Source of the DNA: a virus
DNA length: 64,000 nucleotides
Strand: one strand, 5' to 3'
IMG/VR virus record: IMGVR_UViG_3300021490_000001
Location: 1 to 64,000 of that record
This document shows, piece after piece, positions 1 through 9,864 of the stretch. Under the pieces are notes generated by a model. That model was not told where the DNA came from, ran no database searches, and worked only from the letters and a program-made list of their open reading frames with translations. How positions within the stretch are numbered: the first letter of the stretch is position 1; every line of letters starts with the position of its first letter. The translations under genes were made by a program, and so were the position numbers.

Positions 1-191
1 ATTGAAAAAAAAGTAACAGAAATTATCTATAAAATTAATGGGAAATACTATCATCAAAATTCAATTGTATTAAATAACACTGTAGTAGGTAATACAAATC
101 CCATAAAATTAACCAAAAAAGCGTACAAATCAATAACAGAAGATATGTTTGAATGGATTCTTAGAAGAAGCCTTATAGAATTAAATATTAG

Positions 192-1358
192 GTGATGAAC
201 ATGCCACAGGATATTTGTAATCACTGTCTTCGAACAATTGAAGATAATGATGTTGAAATTTTTAGGGGTAATAAGTATCACACTGAATGTCTTAATATGC
301 TCACTGTACGCTGTGTCAATTGTGGTACAAGACTCCTTAGAATAGAGTCACACGAATTCCATGATCAAGTTTATTGTGAAACTTGTTTTAATGTCCTAAC
401 TTGTATTTGTGATAGATGTTCAGAAAGAATTTTTTGCACAGATGCATATCAGGACTCTTATGGAGATTATTACTGCCATGACTGTTTTGAAGAAAGATAT
501 GATGATGACTCTGACGATGATTCTGATGATGACTCGGATGATTGTTGCTATTTAAAGACTCATCCACGCACTCATCCTTATGTTACAAAGATATGGAAAC
601 ATCGAAAGAAAATAAGAACCTTTGGAGTAGAATTAGAAACTAACTCTAACTTTGAAACTCCGAGATACTTTTCCAAGGTATTTGATGGTAGTATTAATGG
701 TAAAGAATATGTGTCGTATATATTACCATATAATGAAATTGGTTTTAGAGTGATAAAAAACTTTGAAAAAGTAGCTAAAGATAATTCTGTCCATGTTGGA
801 AACGATTGCGGGTATCATTTGCATCTTGGAGGCTATCGAAATACTTATATTAATATTAAGAAAGTATGGCTTGGTTACTTGATGATGGAAAATTTATTCT
901 TTAGTATGGTACCACAAAGCAGAAGAAAGAGTTCATATTGTTATAGATTTTCAAAAGACTATACTGTAGATAGTATACTAAGGCAAAATAATTTACCGAG
1001 ATTATTATCACATTTTTATGAATCGCAAATTAGAATTAAGAAAAATACACCAAAAGATAATTACCATCGTAAAAGATATTATTTTGTTAATCTTCATGTT
1101 TGGCTATCGAGACAAACTATCGAATATAGACTTCACTCTGGAACTACTAATTCCGAAAAGATTCTATTATGGGCTGAAATAAACAAACGATTTACTGATT
1201 GGCTTACATCGAAAACAACATCAATCAATGATGTATTATCATTAACAGAAGAGAAGTTCTATAAAATAGTTGGTAATAAACTAAAAAATTACATACTTAA
1301 GCGAATAAACAAATTCGGTAGAGCCAAACATGAAACGATAATAATCAATGAGAGGTGA
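192..1358 (+). CDS. Putative amidoligase (COOH-NH2 ligase type 2) with N-terminal CxxC zinc-finger array; start probably ATG 201
   Basis: RTFGVELE, DGS...EYVS, CGYHLH, RYYFVN, TIEYRLHSGT motifs; repeated CxxC; (DDDS)n linker. Confidence 0.85.
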   Translation: MMNMPQDICNHCLRTIEDNDVEIFRGNKYHTECLNMLTVRCVNCGTRLLRIESHEFHDQVYCETCFNVLTCICDRCSERIFCTDAYQDSYGDYYCHDCFEERYDDDSDDDSDDDSDDCCYLKTHPRTHPYVTKIWKHRKKIRTFGVELETNSNFETPRYFSKVFDGSINGKEYVSYILPYNEIGFRVIKNFEKVAKDNSVHVGNDCGYHLHLGGYRNTYINIKKVWLGYLMMENLFFSMVPQSRRKSSYCYRFSKDYTVDSILRQNNLPRLLSHFYESQIRIKKNTPKDNYHRKRYYFVNLHVWLSRQTIEYRLHSGTTNSEKILLWAEINKRFTDWLTSKTTSINDVLSLTEEKFYKIVGNKLKNYILKRINKFGRAKHETIIINER

Positions 1359-1363
1359 TTTAA

Positions 1364-2506
1364 ATTTGTCAAATACATTTAATTAAAACATACAAAAAAA
1401 ACAAAGATGGAAAACTAACTTCTGAAAAGCTAAACGATGAAGATGCACGAGCGTTTAATACACTCATGCTCCAGGGAAGTAAAACTAATAATGATTCGTT
1501 TGGGTATTTTACGCCTGAACGAACAAAAAGGATAGCTAATGAATACAAATCAAGAAGTTATCAAGATATTATAAATGCCCCTTTTGTAGTTGGGCATAAT
1601 CGATTTTCTACTAAAGGAGCAAATACAAAAAAGAATGCACATCCATTCCAATCAAATAGATTCATTTGGGTACACAATGGAATTATAAACAATGATGAAC
1701 AACTTAAAAAACGATTCAAGTTAAAAATAAAAGCAAAAGTAGATTCAGCGATCATTGGACATGTAGTAGAGCATTACGCTAAAAAGGAAAAATCTATTGA
1801 GAATGCAATAAAATCTGCAATTGAACAAATATCAGGTGATTACTCTGTATTTCTATATGACAAAATAACAAGGAGATTATTCTATTTTAGGAACTCATTG
1901 AGAACATTTGAAACCGCTTTGCTATATGAAAAGAAAAACAATCGATATATTCTAATTGGCTCAACAAATGGAGAGAACATAGATAAAGTATATACAAAAC
2001 AACTCCTTGGATTCAATATCAGGAAAGCAGAAGTGCTATCAAGAAAAACGATAATGCCCAACGCCCTATTTGAAGTGAATGGAAATGGATTTGAACATCT
2101 AGCTAATTTTACACCAGCTAAAAATGCATATCTATATCCATATAACTCTTTTTATAATGAAAGAGCGAATTCATGGGAAGATGATCTTATATACAGAACA
2201 AACGAAAATTACACTGATTGTGGAAATATGACCGAACAAGAAGAAGTACTTAATTATAATATTATAGAAAGATTAAGATCTATAGTAGAGAAACTTGGTT
2301 TTGATCTGATAGTAACTCCGCAAGTGGATATACTTGAAAATAACACTGAACATGTATCTGGTGTATTTATATCTGGAAAAGATACTGAAGAATTTATGGA
2401 TATATATAATGAATATTTTACTGATTTAAAAGACTCAACAATGGATGCAAATAGTGTAATTACTTTCATAAATGATGTCCAAGATTATTATGAGAGAGCT
2501 ATCTAG
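1364..2506 (+). CDS. Class II (Ntn) glutamine amidotransferase; frame extends upstream of the called ORF to ATT 1364, giving N-terminal (M)CQIHL
   Basis: VGHNRFSTKG, NAHPF, VHNGII, VDS motifs; SD GAGGTGA at 1352-1358; Cys at position 2. Confidence 0.85.
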   Translation: MCQIHLIKTYKKNKDGKLTSEKLNDEDARAFNTLMLQGSKTNNDSFGYFTPERTKRIANEYKSRSYQDIINAPFVVGHNRFSTKGANTKKNAHPFQSNRFIWVHNGIINNDEQLKKRFKLKIKAKVDSAIIGHVVEHYAKKEKSIENAIKSAIEQISGDYSVFLYDKITRRLFYFRNSLRTFETALLYEKKNNRYILIGSTNGENIDKVYTKQLLGFNIRKAEVLSRKTIMPNALFEVNGNGFEHLANFTPAKNAYLYPYNSFYNERANSWEDDLIYRTNENYTDCGNMTEQEEVLNYNIIERLRSIVEKLGFDLIVTPQVDILENNTEHVSGVFISGKDTEEFMDIYNEYFTDLKDSTMDANSVITFINDVQDYYERAI

Positions 2507-2521
2507 TAAAGAGGGATAATT

Positions 2522-2962
2522 ATGTGTGCAAAATCTATATGTCAAAAATCGTTTACAGCCTATATAAAAAAAGGACTTCAAAAGTCTAATATCGTTATAA
2601 AAGATAAAGATAAGCTTCGATACGAAATAACTAGAAAATTACGAGTAGAATCAGATTATGGATTGTATGTTGAGTATCATTTTAAGATACGATCTTTGGA
2701 ATCATCTTCTTATATTCCATGTGATATATTCCATTATAAGATCCCTACCATTGACTCTCTCTCTGTTAATGGGATTGAACGCATACTTAGTAATAGTATA
2801 ATTACCTCCTGTAAACTTTCGAGTTCATATAGCAGTAAGATAGTACTAAGACTTAAAATAAACTTAAATGAACTAAGTAAAGCACTTCGAATGCTCAATA
2901 AGGCCATGACATCAATTGTTCCTGAGATAATAGAAAAAACTATAACTTATAGAGGTGATTAA
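2522..2962 (+). CDS. Hypothetical protein
   Basis: ORF tightly packed in operon with SD-like GAGGGA. Confidence 0.6.
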   Translation: MCAKSICQKSFTAYIKKGLQKSNIVIKDKDKLRYEITRKLRVESDYGLYVEYHFKIRSLESSSYIPCDIFHYKIPTIDSLSVNGIERILSNSIITSCKLSSSYSSKIVLRLKINLNELSKALRMLNKAMTSIVPEIIEKTITYRGD

Positions 2963-3424
2963 ATGTTTATTATTTTTGAAGAGACTGTATCTAAAAATAA
3001 CACAAAATATCTTGTTGTATCGATTAATCTTGAAAAAGATAAACTCTATAAACATTACCAAAATCATTACTTTGGCATAGCAACTAAAATGTCCGGGACT
3101 TCAAAAAAGTACTATATACCTACACTTAATGACTGCATTGCAAAATCGAGTGGTTTAAAACACCTTGATTATGTATATGATTATTCCATTGATATTTCAA
3201 ATTACACAGCCAATGAAATCGAACAATTGAAAAAAGAATTAATCCAAGGAATCGAAAGACTTAACAAAGAAAATAAAGAATTTTATCAAAGGTATGTTAA
3301 ACCTGTTAAACTTTCTGGAATGTTTCAAGTAGACTTTAAAAAGAACAAAATTAAACTACTTAAAAAAGATAAATCTAAGACCTCAAAAAAAAGAAGTAAG
3401 CAACTAAAGAAGGAATCAAAATGA
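2963..3424 (+). CDS. Hypothetical protein with basic C-terminal tail
   Basis: GAGGTGA SD, abutting ORFs. Confidence 0.65.
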   Translation: MFIIFEETVSKNNTKYLVVSINLEKDKLYKHYQNHYFGIATKMSGTSKKYYIPTLNDCIAKSSGLKHLDYVYDYSIDISNYTANEIEQLKKELIQGIERLNKENKEFYQRYVKPVKLSGMFQVDFKKNKIKLLKKDKSKTSKKRSKQLKKESK

Positions 3425-3641
3425 ATATAAAGTAGATGTTCCACTATGGACAGACATTCAAGTAATAGTTGATGCGAAAAACAAATATGAAGCAATGGAC
3501 TTAGCTGTAACTAAACTCTTTAATCAAGATAGACCAGTAGAACAAAATGATCTCTTATTTGACTTTGATAGATTCACTGATGATTGTTTATATGATCATA
3601 CAATAGATGCCTTTGTTAAAGAAATGAAAAAAAGAAAATAA
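3421..3641 (+). pseudogene. Small ORF with apparent 1-nt deletion after the start (would read MKYKVDVPLWTDIQ...)
   Basis: ATG at 3421 overlaps the upstream stop, but the long open frame (3408-3641) is offset by one base. Confidence 0.45.
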
Positions 3642-3702
3642 GGAAACATACTTAAAGAGATGTACTTAACTTAAGCTAAGATAAACAATTTATAAAAGTA
3701 TC

Positions 3703-4035
3703 TTGAAAAATATAGTAAAGATAGTACAAGTTAGCCCTCACTTCATTTATCACTTTAATTTTCTTTATTTGGTTGATTGTATGACATCTCAATTGGCATA
3801 TACCATAAGAAAAGCTAAATACTTTGCAGTATCTAATCGAATGGCTTGTAAGACCATTGGTTCTAGCCTTTATTTTAAAGTAGGAAGAGAAGAAGTCATA
3901 CTTTACGAAGATGGACGAGTAAGCTGTACATGTAAGAATCAAACAATAAATTCTAAATTTGGATCTTATTGTGCTCACATATTTGCAGCCATTTGGAAAT
4001 CAATTGAACTATGTAAAGACATAAGGAAGGTGTAA
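3703..4035 (+). CDS. SWIM zinc-finger protein
   Basis: SCTC...YCAHIFA. Confidence 0.7.
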   Translation: MKNIVKIVQVSPHFIYHFNFLYLVDCMTSQLAYTIRKAKYFAVSNRMACKTIGSSLYFKVGREEVILYEDGRVSCTCKNQTINSKFGSYCAHIFAAIWKSIELCKDIRKV

Positions 4036-4037
4036 TA

Positions 4038-4253
4038 ATGAGTCAAACTTGTTTTCCTATAACCTGCATAGGCAAAGCAGATATAATTAATACATTCAAA
4101 AGCAGACCAAACTTTGAAAAAATAAAGGCACGAGTAGAATCATTAACAGATTCCGAAATGGAATACTTAGCAAGCAAAATGGCAGATGATTATTGTAATC
4201 AGCTATTTTGGTCTAGCTTAGAAATAATATTTAATGATCTTTATGTAAAATGA
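4038..4253 (+). CDS. Hypothetical viral protein
   Basis: SD AAGGTG, packed ORF. Confidence 0.65.
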   Translation: MSQTCFPITCIGKADIINTFKSRPNFEKIKARVESLTDSEMEYLASKMADDYCNQLFWSSLEIIFNDLYVK

Positions 4254-4257
4254 TACT

Positions 4258-4698
4258 ATGAAAGTAGAATGCTTAAAATCTGTAATTAGACTCAAATTCC
4301 ATAAGTTTGTCTTAATACTTGATGTCATTGAAGATGAACTATATCTAAGTGGAAATCGAATAGACAAAAACAGGTCAGTTAGAACATATAATAAAGCATA
4401 TATAAAAGAAAATACATGCAAGTATCCTAAGAAAACCATTCTTCAATTAGCTTTTAATAATGAAGTCTTAATTGTAGATTATTCTGATAGTGGTAAATTC
4501 TACTTCCGTTATTGGAATTCCATAAAAAATTTCTACAAATGGAGACATGAAGCCACTGATACTTATATGTTTAAAAAGGACTGGAAAACTAAAAATAAAG
4601 TCTTTTTTAAAAATGACTTTACAATACCTATATATACTTGGGAATCCAAGACTGAACCACAAAATAAGGTTACTACATATGAAACCAATATTAGTTAA
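4258..4698 (+). CDS. Hypothetical protein
   Basis: Packed + strand ORF. Confidence 0.55.
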   Translation: MKVECLKSVIRLKFHKFVLILDVIEDELYLSGNRIDKNRSVRTYNKAYIKENTCKYPKKTILQLAFNNEVLIVDYSDSGKFYFRYWNSIKNFYKWRHEATDTYMFKKDWKTKNKVFFKNDFTIPIYTWESKTEPQNKVTTYETNIS

Positions 4699-4933
4699 AG
4701 AAGTAACAAGCAAAGCTGGTGGAATAATCAAAGTTATATCATTTAGCTCTGACATGTATCAAGTGATATCTGGATATCTAAATGATCTTAATGAAATGAA
4801 TGTCATTAGAGATGTTAGATTGCATGTTTCAGAACCGGAATTAATATATGATGAAATAACAAATTCCAAAGTATTTTTGCTTGCTTTGAATAAATGGAAT
4901 TTTTCAACAGAACTCGAACATAGGTCAATGTAA
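4679..4933 (+). CDS. Hypothetical protein (likely start MKPILVKE)
   Basis: SD AAGGT before ATG 4679; abuts next gene. Confidence 0.55.
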   Translation: MKPILVKEVTSKAGGIIKVISFSSDMYQVISGYLNDLNEMNVIRDVRLHVSEPELIYDEITNSKVFLLALNKWNFSTELEHRSM

Positions 4934-5302
4934 ATGTACAATATGTATTGCGCTATTGGGATTAATAAGAATTCAAACTATAAGATAGAAAAAGTTGTTA
5001 CTACAGACTTAAATGTAATACTATCCTTTGATATAATCATTGCATTTACAATTATTAAATATACTCGTAAAATCAAAGCCCATATGGACTATGATACTTA
5101 TTTAGACTACTGGTTTAAAACACATGATGAAAATGTAATAGTAAATAGATCTTTAAATAACATTAATACACAAGCATATACACTTAGTGAATTAACTGAA
5201 ATAAGAAATCTAATAACGAGAATAGATTCATATACTAAAGACATATACATAAAGAAAAGACTTAGAACACTATATACAAAGCTATTCGGTGGAATCAATT
5301 AA
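4934..5302 (+). CDS. Hypothetical protein
   Basis: Packed ORF. Confidence 0.55.
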   Translation: MYNMYCAIGINKNSNYKIEKVVTTDLNVILSFDIIIAFTIIKYTRKIKAHMDYDTYLDYWFKTHDENVIVNRSLNNINTQAYTLSELTEIRNLITRIDSYTKDIYIKKRLRTLYTKLFGGIN

Positions 5303-5540
5303 ATTATCTGATTATATCTATTTGATAAAGTGTGCTAACTGCAAATCATTTAGATTTTTCGAAATTCGAAATAAACCACCAACGAAGGTTACTTGTTTGA
5401 ATTGCAATAAGAGGCTGACTTTCTTGACTAAGAAAGGATATCTTAACTCTATGGTCGTAATCAAACGAATAGAAAAATATAAATACTATCAAATACACAA
5501 TAAAGGCCTATTAATGAAAAAGATGATTGGTGATCAATAA
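5289..5540 (+). CDS. Zinc-ribbon protein
   Basis: CANC...CLNC. Confidence 0.65.
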   Translation: MESIKLSDYIYLIKCANCKSFRFFEIRNKPPTKVTCLNCNKRLTFLTKKGYLNSMVVIKRIEKYKYYQIHNKGLLMKKMIGDQ

Positions 5541-5659
5541 TGGATGAAGTACAACTTAAAAACATGAAGCAGGCAATGATAGAAAAAGGAAACTGGAAAG
5601 AAGTATCCAAAATAAACAAGATGTTAGAAATGCATGGATACAAAATCAAAGGTGATTAA
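5540..5659 (+). CDS. Small hypothetical protein (39 aa, MDEVQLKNMKQ...)
   Basis: GGTGA SD; fills the gap exactly between neighbours. Confidence 0.55.
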   Translation: MDEVQLKNMKQAMIEKGNWKEVSKINKMLEMHGYKIKGD

Positions 5660-6037
5660 ATGCATTTTAGTTGGGCAGTACAGCAGATGAGAGAAGGAAA
5701 GAAAGTAAGACGCAAAGCATGGGATTCTCCGGAAAAAATAGATTATATTAAAATAAACAAAAATACTAAAGGACTCATTACGAATAATGCAGATGATAGA
5801 ATCTTCTATCTATCAGATTATGACGCGACAGATTGGGAACTCTTTGAAGAACCAAAAACTTTAAGTGATATTGTAATCAATGATTCTGATTATGAATACA
5901 TCTATGCTCACTACAAAGAAAAAGATATCAAGGAGTTCATTAAAAAGCTAGAGAAAGAATTTTGTGATGGGAATTTACAAAGCACAAAAGAAATACGAAA
6001 AAAGCTTTATGAACTTGCAGGAGAGAGATTTAAATAA
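5660..6037 (+). CDS. DUF2829 / Thoeris anti-defence 2 (Tad2)-like protein with C-terminal extension
   Basis: MHFSWAVQQMREGKKVRRKAW ... SDYDATDWE matches the MNF..A...K.G.KV.R..W / D..A.DW family pattern. Confidence 0.7.
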   Translation: MHFSWAVQQMREGKKVRRKAWDSPEKIDYIKINKNTKGLITNNADDRIFYLSDYDATDWELFEEPKTLSDIVINDSDYEYIYAHYKEKDIKEFIKKLEKEFCDGNLQSTKEIRKKLYELAGERFK

Positions 6038-6185
6038 GCTCTAAAATCATATATTACATATTTGGAGGACTAATAGCATCTGCTATCCAAATATCGTTTA
6101 TGGATATGATATTGGCATCCATCATACTCATAAGCATGAACATAATTTATGATTATAATCAAAAAAAAAGAAATAAGGTGATAAC

Positions 6186-6782
6186 ATGCAGGTAAAAGGA
6201 GTAATTAAAGCAGTAGCGAGGGAAGCCAAAGAATTCGATGGTATCAAGAAACGAGGAGTATTAATTTCGAATGATACCGGAGAGAAATGGTATGATGTAG
6301 TCTATGAGGATTCCGAAAAAGACTATGACAAATTATTTGACTCTATTTATGTTAGAGGAAATGAAATAGAAGCAGAAGTCGAAGGAGCAAAAAACTTAAC
6401 TATCGTAACTGTTACAGGAAAGCAAGAACTTTCTTCTAAACCTAAAGGAGATAGTTTAACATTTGACGAATTGCTAGCTGAAGCAAGGAACAAGTATCCT
6501 GATCTTTGCATGCATACTATTGAAAGCGAAATTATACAGAATGTCTTAGTATCAGACAAAATGGGAAATCAAAAAGAAACAACATTAGCCATATCGAAAG
6601 TAAGATTAATTACTGATAGAACAACAGAAGCCAAAGTTGTTGAGGCAATAGGAGATGCGTGTTCCCAAAATGTAAATAAGGAAATAGCACCATCATTTAT
6701 AAGAATGGCTCAAACTAGAGCTTACTCACGAGCATTAAGATTCCTATTGTGTAAAGGAGTAACAGAGGCAGAATTAAAATGA
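6186..6782 (+). CDS. Putative ssDNA-binding/annealing protein (OB-like N-terminus plus Rad52/Sak-like C-terminus)
   Basis: EAIGDA...NV...FIRMAQTRAYSRALR motif. Confidence 0.55.
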   Translation: MQVKGVIKAVAREAKEFDGIKKRGVLISNDTGEKWYDVVYEDSEKDYDKLFDSIYVRGNEIEAEVEGAKNLTIVTVTGKQELSSKPKGDSLTFDELLAEARNKYPDLCMHTIESEIIQNVLVSDKMGNQKETTLAISKVRLITDRTTEAKVVEAIGDACSQNVNKEIAPSFIRMAQTRAYSRALRFLLCKGVTEAELK

Positions 6783-7885
6783 AAATATTGCTCCCCAAGC
6801 AAATCGAGACTTGTTTAATACCTTCAAGTTATAAGACTATTGGCTATAAGGAAACAGAAGACTTGCTTAATTATAAAGATGAATTTGATTGCATTGTTAC
6901 TTATCCAATCGATGGTGCTAAACTTAGCTTGATCGAACATTTCTCTAAAGCCAAAGAATTTATAGTACTTGGATCCGGTAAAGAGAACATTGATTATGAA
7001 ACTGCTAAGGACAAAGGAATAAATGTAATCTCTCTTGAAGGAGTAAACGAATATGCTGTTGTCGAATGGTTAATATTTCATTATCTTTTGTATAAAAGAC
7101 AATTAGATGTATACGGAACGATAACAAAACCAACTCTTAATTTTCTTAAAGAGAGATATTCTCAAACAATCCCGGTTATTACAGGACTAGGCTTTATTGG
7201 ATTTGGTAATATAGCTAATAGATTCTTACAGTCAATAGAATTAGTACATACACAGGTCTATTACTTTGATCCATATGTAACTAAAGATATTGGAATAAAA
7301 GTAAATTCTATTAATGAAATATTTAAGAATTGTAGTGTTATCATAGTTTCAGTTCCTTTTGTTAAAGAAACTACAAACTTAATAGATTCAAACTCACTTA
7401 AAGATGTATCTCATAAGATTGCTCTATTATCGATTTCACGATATGAAGTAATAAACTGGGAATCATTGATTCCTTATAAGAATAGGTTTAACTTTATTGC
7501 TCTTGATTGTCTTCCAGATGAATACTTGATGCTAAAGAAAAATACTAAAATAAATAATAATCTTGCTGTATTTGAAATAGCTAAAACAACCCCAGTAGCA
7601 ATTACTCCGCATATTGCAGGAAGAACATTTGAAACAAATCTTAAAATAGCTACAGAACTTAATGGTCACTTTCTTGGCAAATGGAATGCGAAAAACTTCC
7701 CTAAGGTTCAGGATTATATTAAGAACTTGTCTATTATAGAATTGCATAATCTAAATGAACAACTCTATAATAAGACAAAGACGAAGTCGATTTTAAATGC
7801 AAGAGATGAAGCTAGAATAAAACTAGAAGGAATTATAAATGAACAAACGAAACTCAGCACTTACAAGACTAAGAACATTAAGTAA
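6779..7885 (+). CDS. D-isomer-specific 2-hydroxyacid dehydrogenase family protein
   Basis: GFIGFGNIA Rossmann motif, ETTNLID, ISR, ALD, ITPHIAG. Confidence 0.85.
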   Translation: MKILLPKQIETCLIPSSYKTIGYKETEDLLNYKDEFDCIVTYPIDGAKLSLIEHFSKAKEFIVLGSGKENIDYETAKDKGINVISLEGVNEYAVVEWLIFHYLLYKRQLDVYGTITKPTLNFLKERYSQTIPVITGLGFIGFGNIANRFLQSIELVHTQVYYFDPYVTKDIGIKVNSINEIFKNCSVIIVSVPFVKETTNLIDSNSLKDVSHKIALLSISRYEVINWESLIPYKNRFNFIALDCLPDEYLMLKKNTKINNNLAVFEIAKTTPVAITPHIAGRTFETNLKIATELNGHFLGKWNAKNFPKVQDYIKNLSIIELHNLNEQLYNKTKTKSILNARDEARIKLEGIINEQTKLSTYKTKNIK

Positions 7886-8252
7886 GTATAATATTCCTGG
7901 TTCCATGCTCAAGAGACCAAAAAATGCAATTTATATTAGCACCGCCAATGATCTAAGACATGAACTTGGAAAATTTATGATCTGTTGGATGCTAGCTAAT
8001 GGAACGAATATAGATTACTATTGGAAAGATGTTAGAAAATCCATTCTTCAGTTTTGTAAACTCGATCTAAGCGAATTTACTTTTCCAAATGAATCCAAAC
8101 AATATATAACCGAAGCAGTAGATCGTAATCATAAACGAAGAGATATAGTTGTGCTCGATGATGATCAAGCTATAGAAGTCGTGTATAAACATAAATCTCG
8201 AAAGTTACTTTCAGAATATAAAAAAGCCAATGTAGATTATTATGAAATTTAA
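7839..8252 (+). CDS. Hypothetical protein, possible PD-(D/E)XK-like fold
   Basis: TEA...RRDIVVLDDDQAIEVV pattern. Confidence 0.45.
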   Translation: MNKRNSALTRLRTLSKYNIPGSMLKRPKNAIYISTANDLRHELGKFMICWMLANGTNIDYYWKDVRKSILQFCKLDLSEFTFPNESKQYITEAVDRNHKRRDIVVLDDDQAIEVVYKHKSRKLLSEYKKANVDYYEI

Positions 8253-8577
8253 ACCTAATGCAAAGACAAAAGGTCCAAATTACAATTATAATGATCGACA
8301 TAGGATGCATATTATAATGATCTCAAGATTCGGTAGCAAGAGTAAAGACATACGATTGGTTACTCTTACAAAGGGAGAGGAAAAGCAAATAGATGATGGT
8401 GTACTTAACCTAGCAGATATCGTTGAAGACAGCCTTGACTTAGGTTCTGGAGACTCTTGGTCTGAAATCGAAGTCAATAATCAAAATATTAGTACATTTA
8501 CTGAATTGTTATTTCTATTAAAGAGTATTGAAGACAATAAAGATTACTCTATACTAACAGTAAAAAGGAGAGAATAA
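8242..8577 (+). CDS. Hypothetical protein
   Basis: Overlapping packed ORF. Confidence 0.55.
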   Translation: MKFKPNAKTKGPNYNYNDRHRMHIIMISRFGSKSKDIRLVTLTKGEEKQIDDGVLNLADIVEDSLDLGSGDSWSEIEVNNQNISTFTELLFLLKSIEDNKDYSILTVKRRE

Positions 8578-8578
8578 T

Positions 8579-8701
8579 ATGCCAATTCCCATTGATCCAA
8601 ATCGAGATCCGCTATATGCTTGTCGAATATGTAATGCTATCTATAGAGGAATAACTGCTGCAAGGAACTGTGAAGAATCACACTTGAAAAAAAGCGATTG
8701 A
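8579..8701 (+). CDS. Small zinc-finger protein (40 aa)
   Basis: YACRICNAIY...ARNCEESH; SD AGGAG. Confidence 0.6.
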   Translation: MPIPIDPNRDPLYACRICNAIYRGITAARNCEESHLKKSD

Positions 8702-9081
8702 AAATGATAAAAACAAATAAGCAAATATTGAGAAAAGAAATATCAAGAGACCTAAAAGACGGTATTGAGACCGTGAAAAATAAGTATTTCGAGCAAATGG
8801 TAATTACAGATGATGAGTATAACGAAATTTACAATATTTTCTGCGATGGAGATTATGAAATGGCATATTATGCCGGATTAAGTGTTGATATCTATGGAGA
8901 CATTGTTTCAATTGATATAGATACCCTGATAACTGCGTTGGCTGGGTGTATCAAAGATACTTCTATGATAGACGAACAATACAATCGTAGTATCTTTATT
9001 CAACTTAGAAAAAAACTAATCAAGTGGAAAGGATATACTCTGTATATTGAAAAGGCGATGAATGACAAAAAAGGTGAATGA
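8698..9081 (+). CDS. Hypothetical protein
   Basis: Packed ORF. Confidence 0.55.
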   Translation: MKMIKTNKQILRKEISRDLKDGIETVKNKYFEQMVITDDEYNEIYNIFCDGDYEMAYYAGLSVDIYGDIVSIDIDTLITALAGCIKDTSMIDEQYNRSIFIQLRKKLIKWKGYTLYIEKAMNDKKGE

Positions 9082-9227
9082 AAAAATGAATGAAGAACGG
9101 AAAGATAACTATGACTTTGTTGGCAATTGTGCTTTTTTTTTGCGATTGTGATGTGTTTTTTTCCTCGCAAAGCCTAAGAGGAAATCAAAGTTTGCGAAGG
9201 TAAATGAAAAAAAAGTAATGAAAACAG

Positions 9228-9800
9228 GTGGAATTGATGAATGACAAAATAATAACACAAGAGGATTTGGATGAAAACAACAGCCTTGATGAACTAAAAT
9301 ATGATGGTGGGCGAATTATCTTTGGAGAAAATTTAGGGGTTGTGAAAATCAAAAAATCGTTAATCTGTAAATTTTCTATTTTTGCAAAAGCAGGCACTGG
9401 CATCGAAGCAGGCGAGGGTATCGAAGCAGGCGATGGTATCGAAGCAGGCTGGAGTATCAAAGCAGGCGAGGGTATCGAAGCAGGCTGGGGTATCAAAGCA
9501 GGATGGGGCATTAAAGCAGGCTGGGGTATCAAAGCAGGCTGGGACATCGAAGCAGGCGAGGGTATCGAAGCAGGCTGGGGTATCAAAGCAGGCTGGGGTA
9601 TCGAAGCAGGCACTGGCATCAAAGCAGGCAATGGCATCGAAGCAGGCTGGGGCATCATAACATTATTTCGTGGCAGGATAATTGCAAATTTCATTTCATG
9701 CCATAGAATAGCTACCGGACTACATATCCATGAAGAACAGGAAATCAAAGCAGAAATCAGGAAAGGAACTATTATTTTAGGGAAGGTGTCTAAACCATAA
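9228..9800 (+). CDS. Hexapeptide-repeat (GI[EK]AG[WETDN]) beta-solenoid protein; start probably ATG 9237
   Basis: About 14 tandem 18-bp repeats at 9389-9655. Confidence 0.75.
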   Translation: MELMNDKIITQEDLDENNSLDELKYDGGRIIFGENLGVVKIKKSLICKFSIFAKAGTGIEAGEGIEAGDGIEAGWSIKAGEGIEAGWGIKAGWGIKAGWGIKAGWDIEAGEGIEAGWGIKAGWGIEAGTGIKAGNGIEAGWGIITLFRGRIIANFISCHRIATGLHIHEEQEIKAEIRKGTIILGKVSKP

Positions 9801-9837
9801 CACAAACAACAACACACTCGGAGTAATCTTCTTGGGC

Positions 9838-9864
9838 TGAGGGGGGTGCATCTAACCCCCCTCA
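9838..9864. terminator. G/C-run hairpin TGAGGGGGG-9nt-CCCCCCTCA
   Basis: Perfect 9-bp inverted repeat in intergenic space. Confidence 0.4.
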
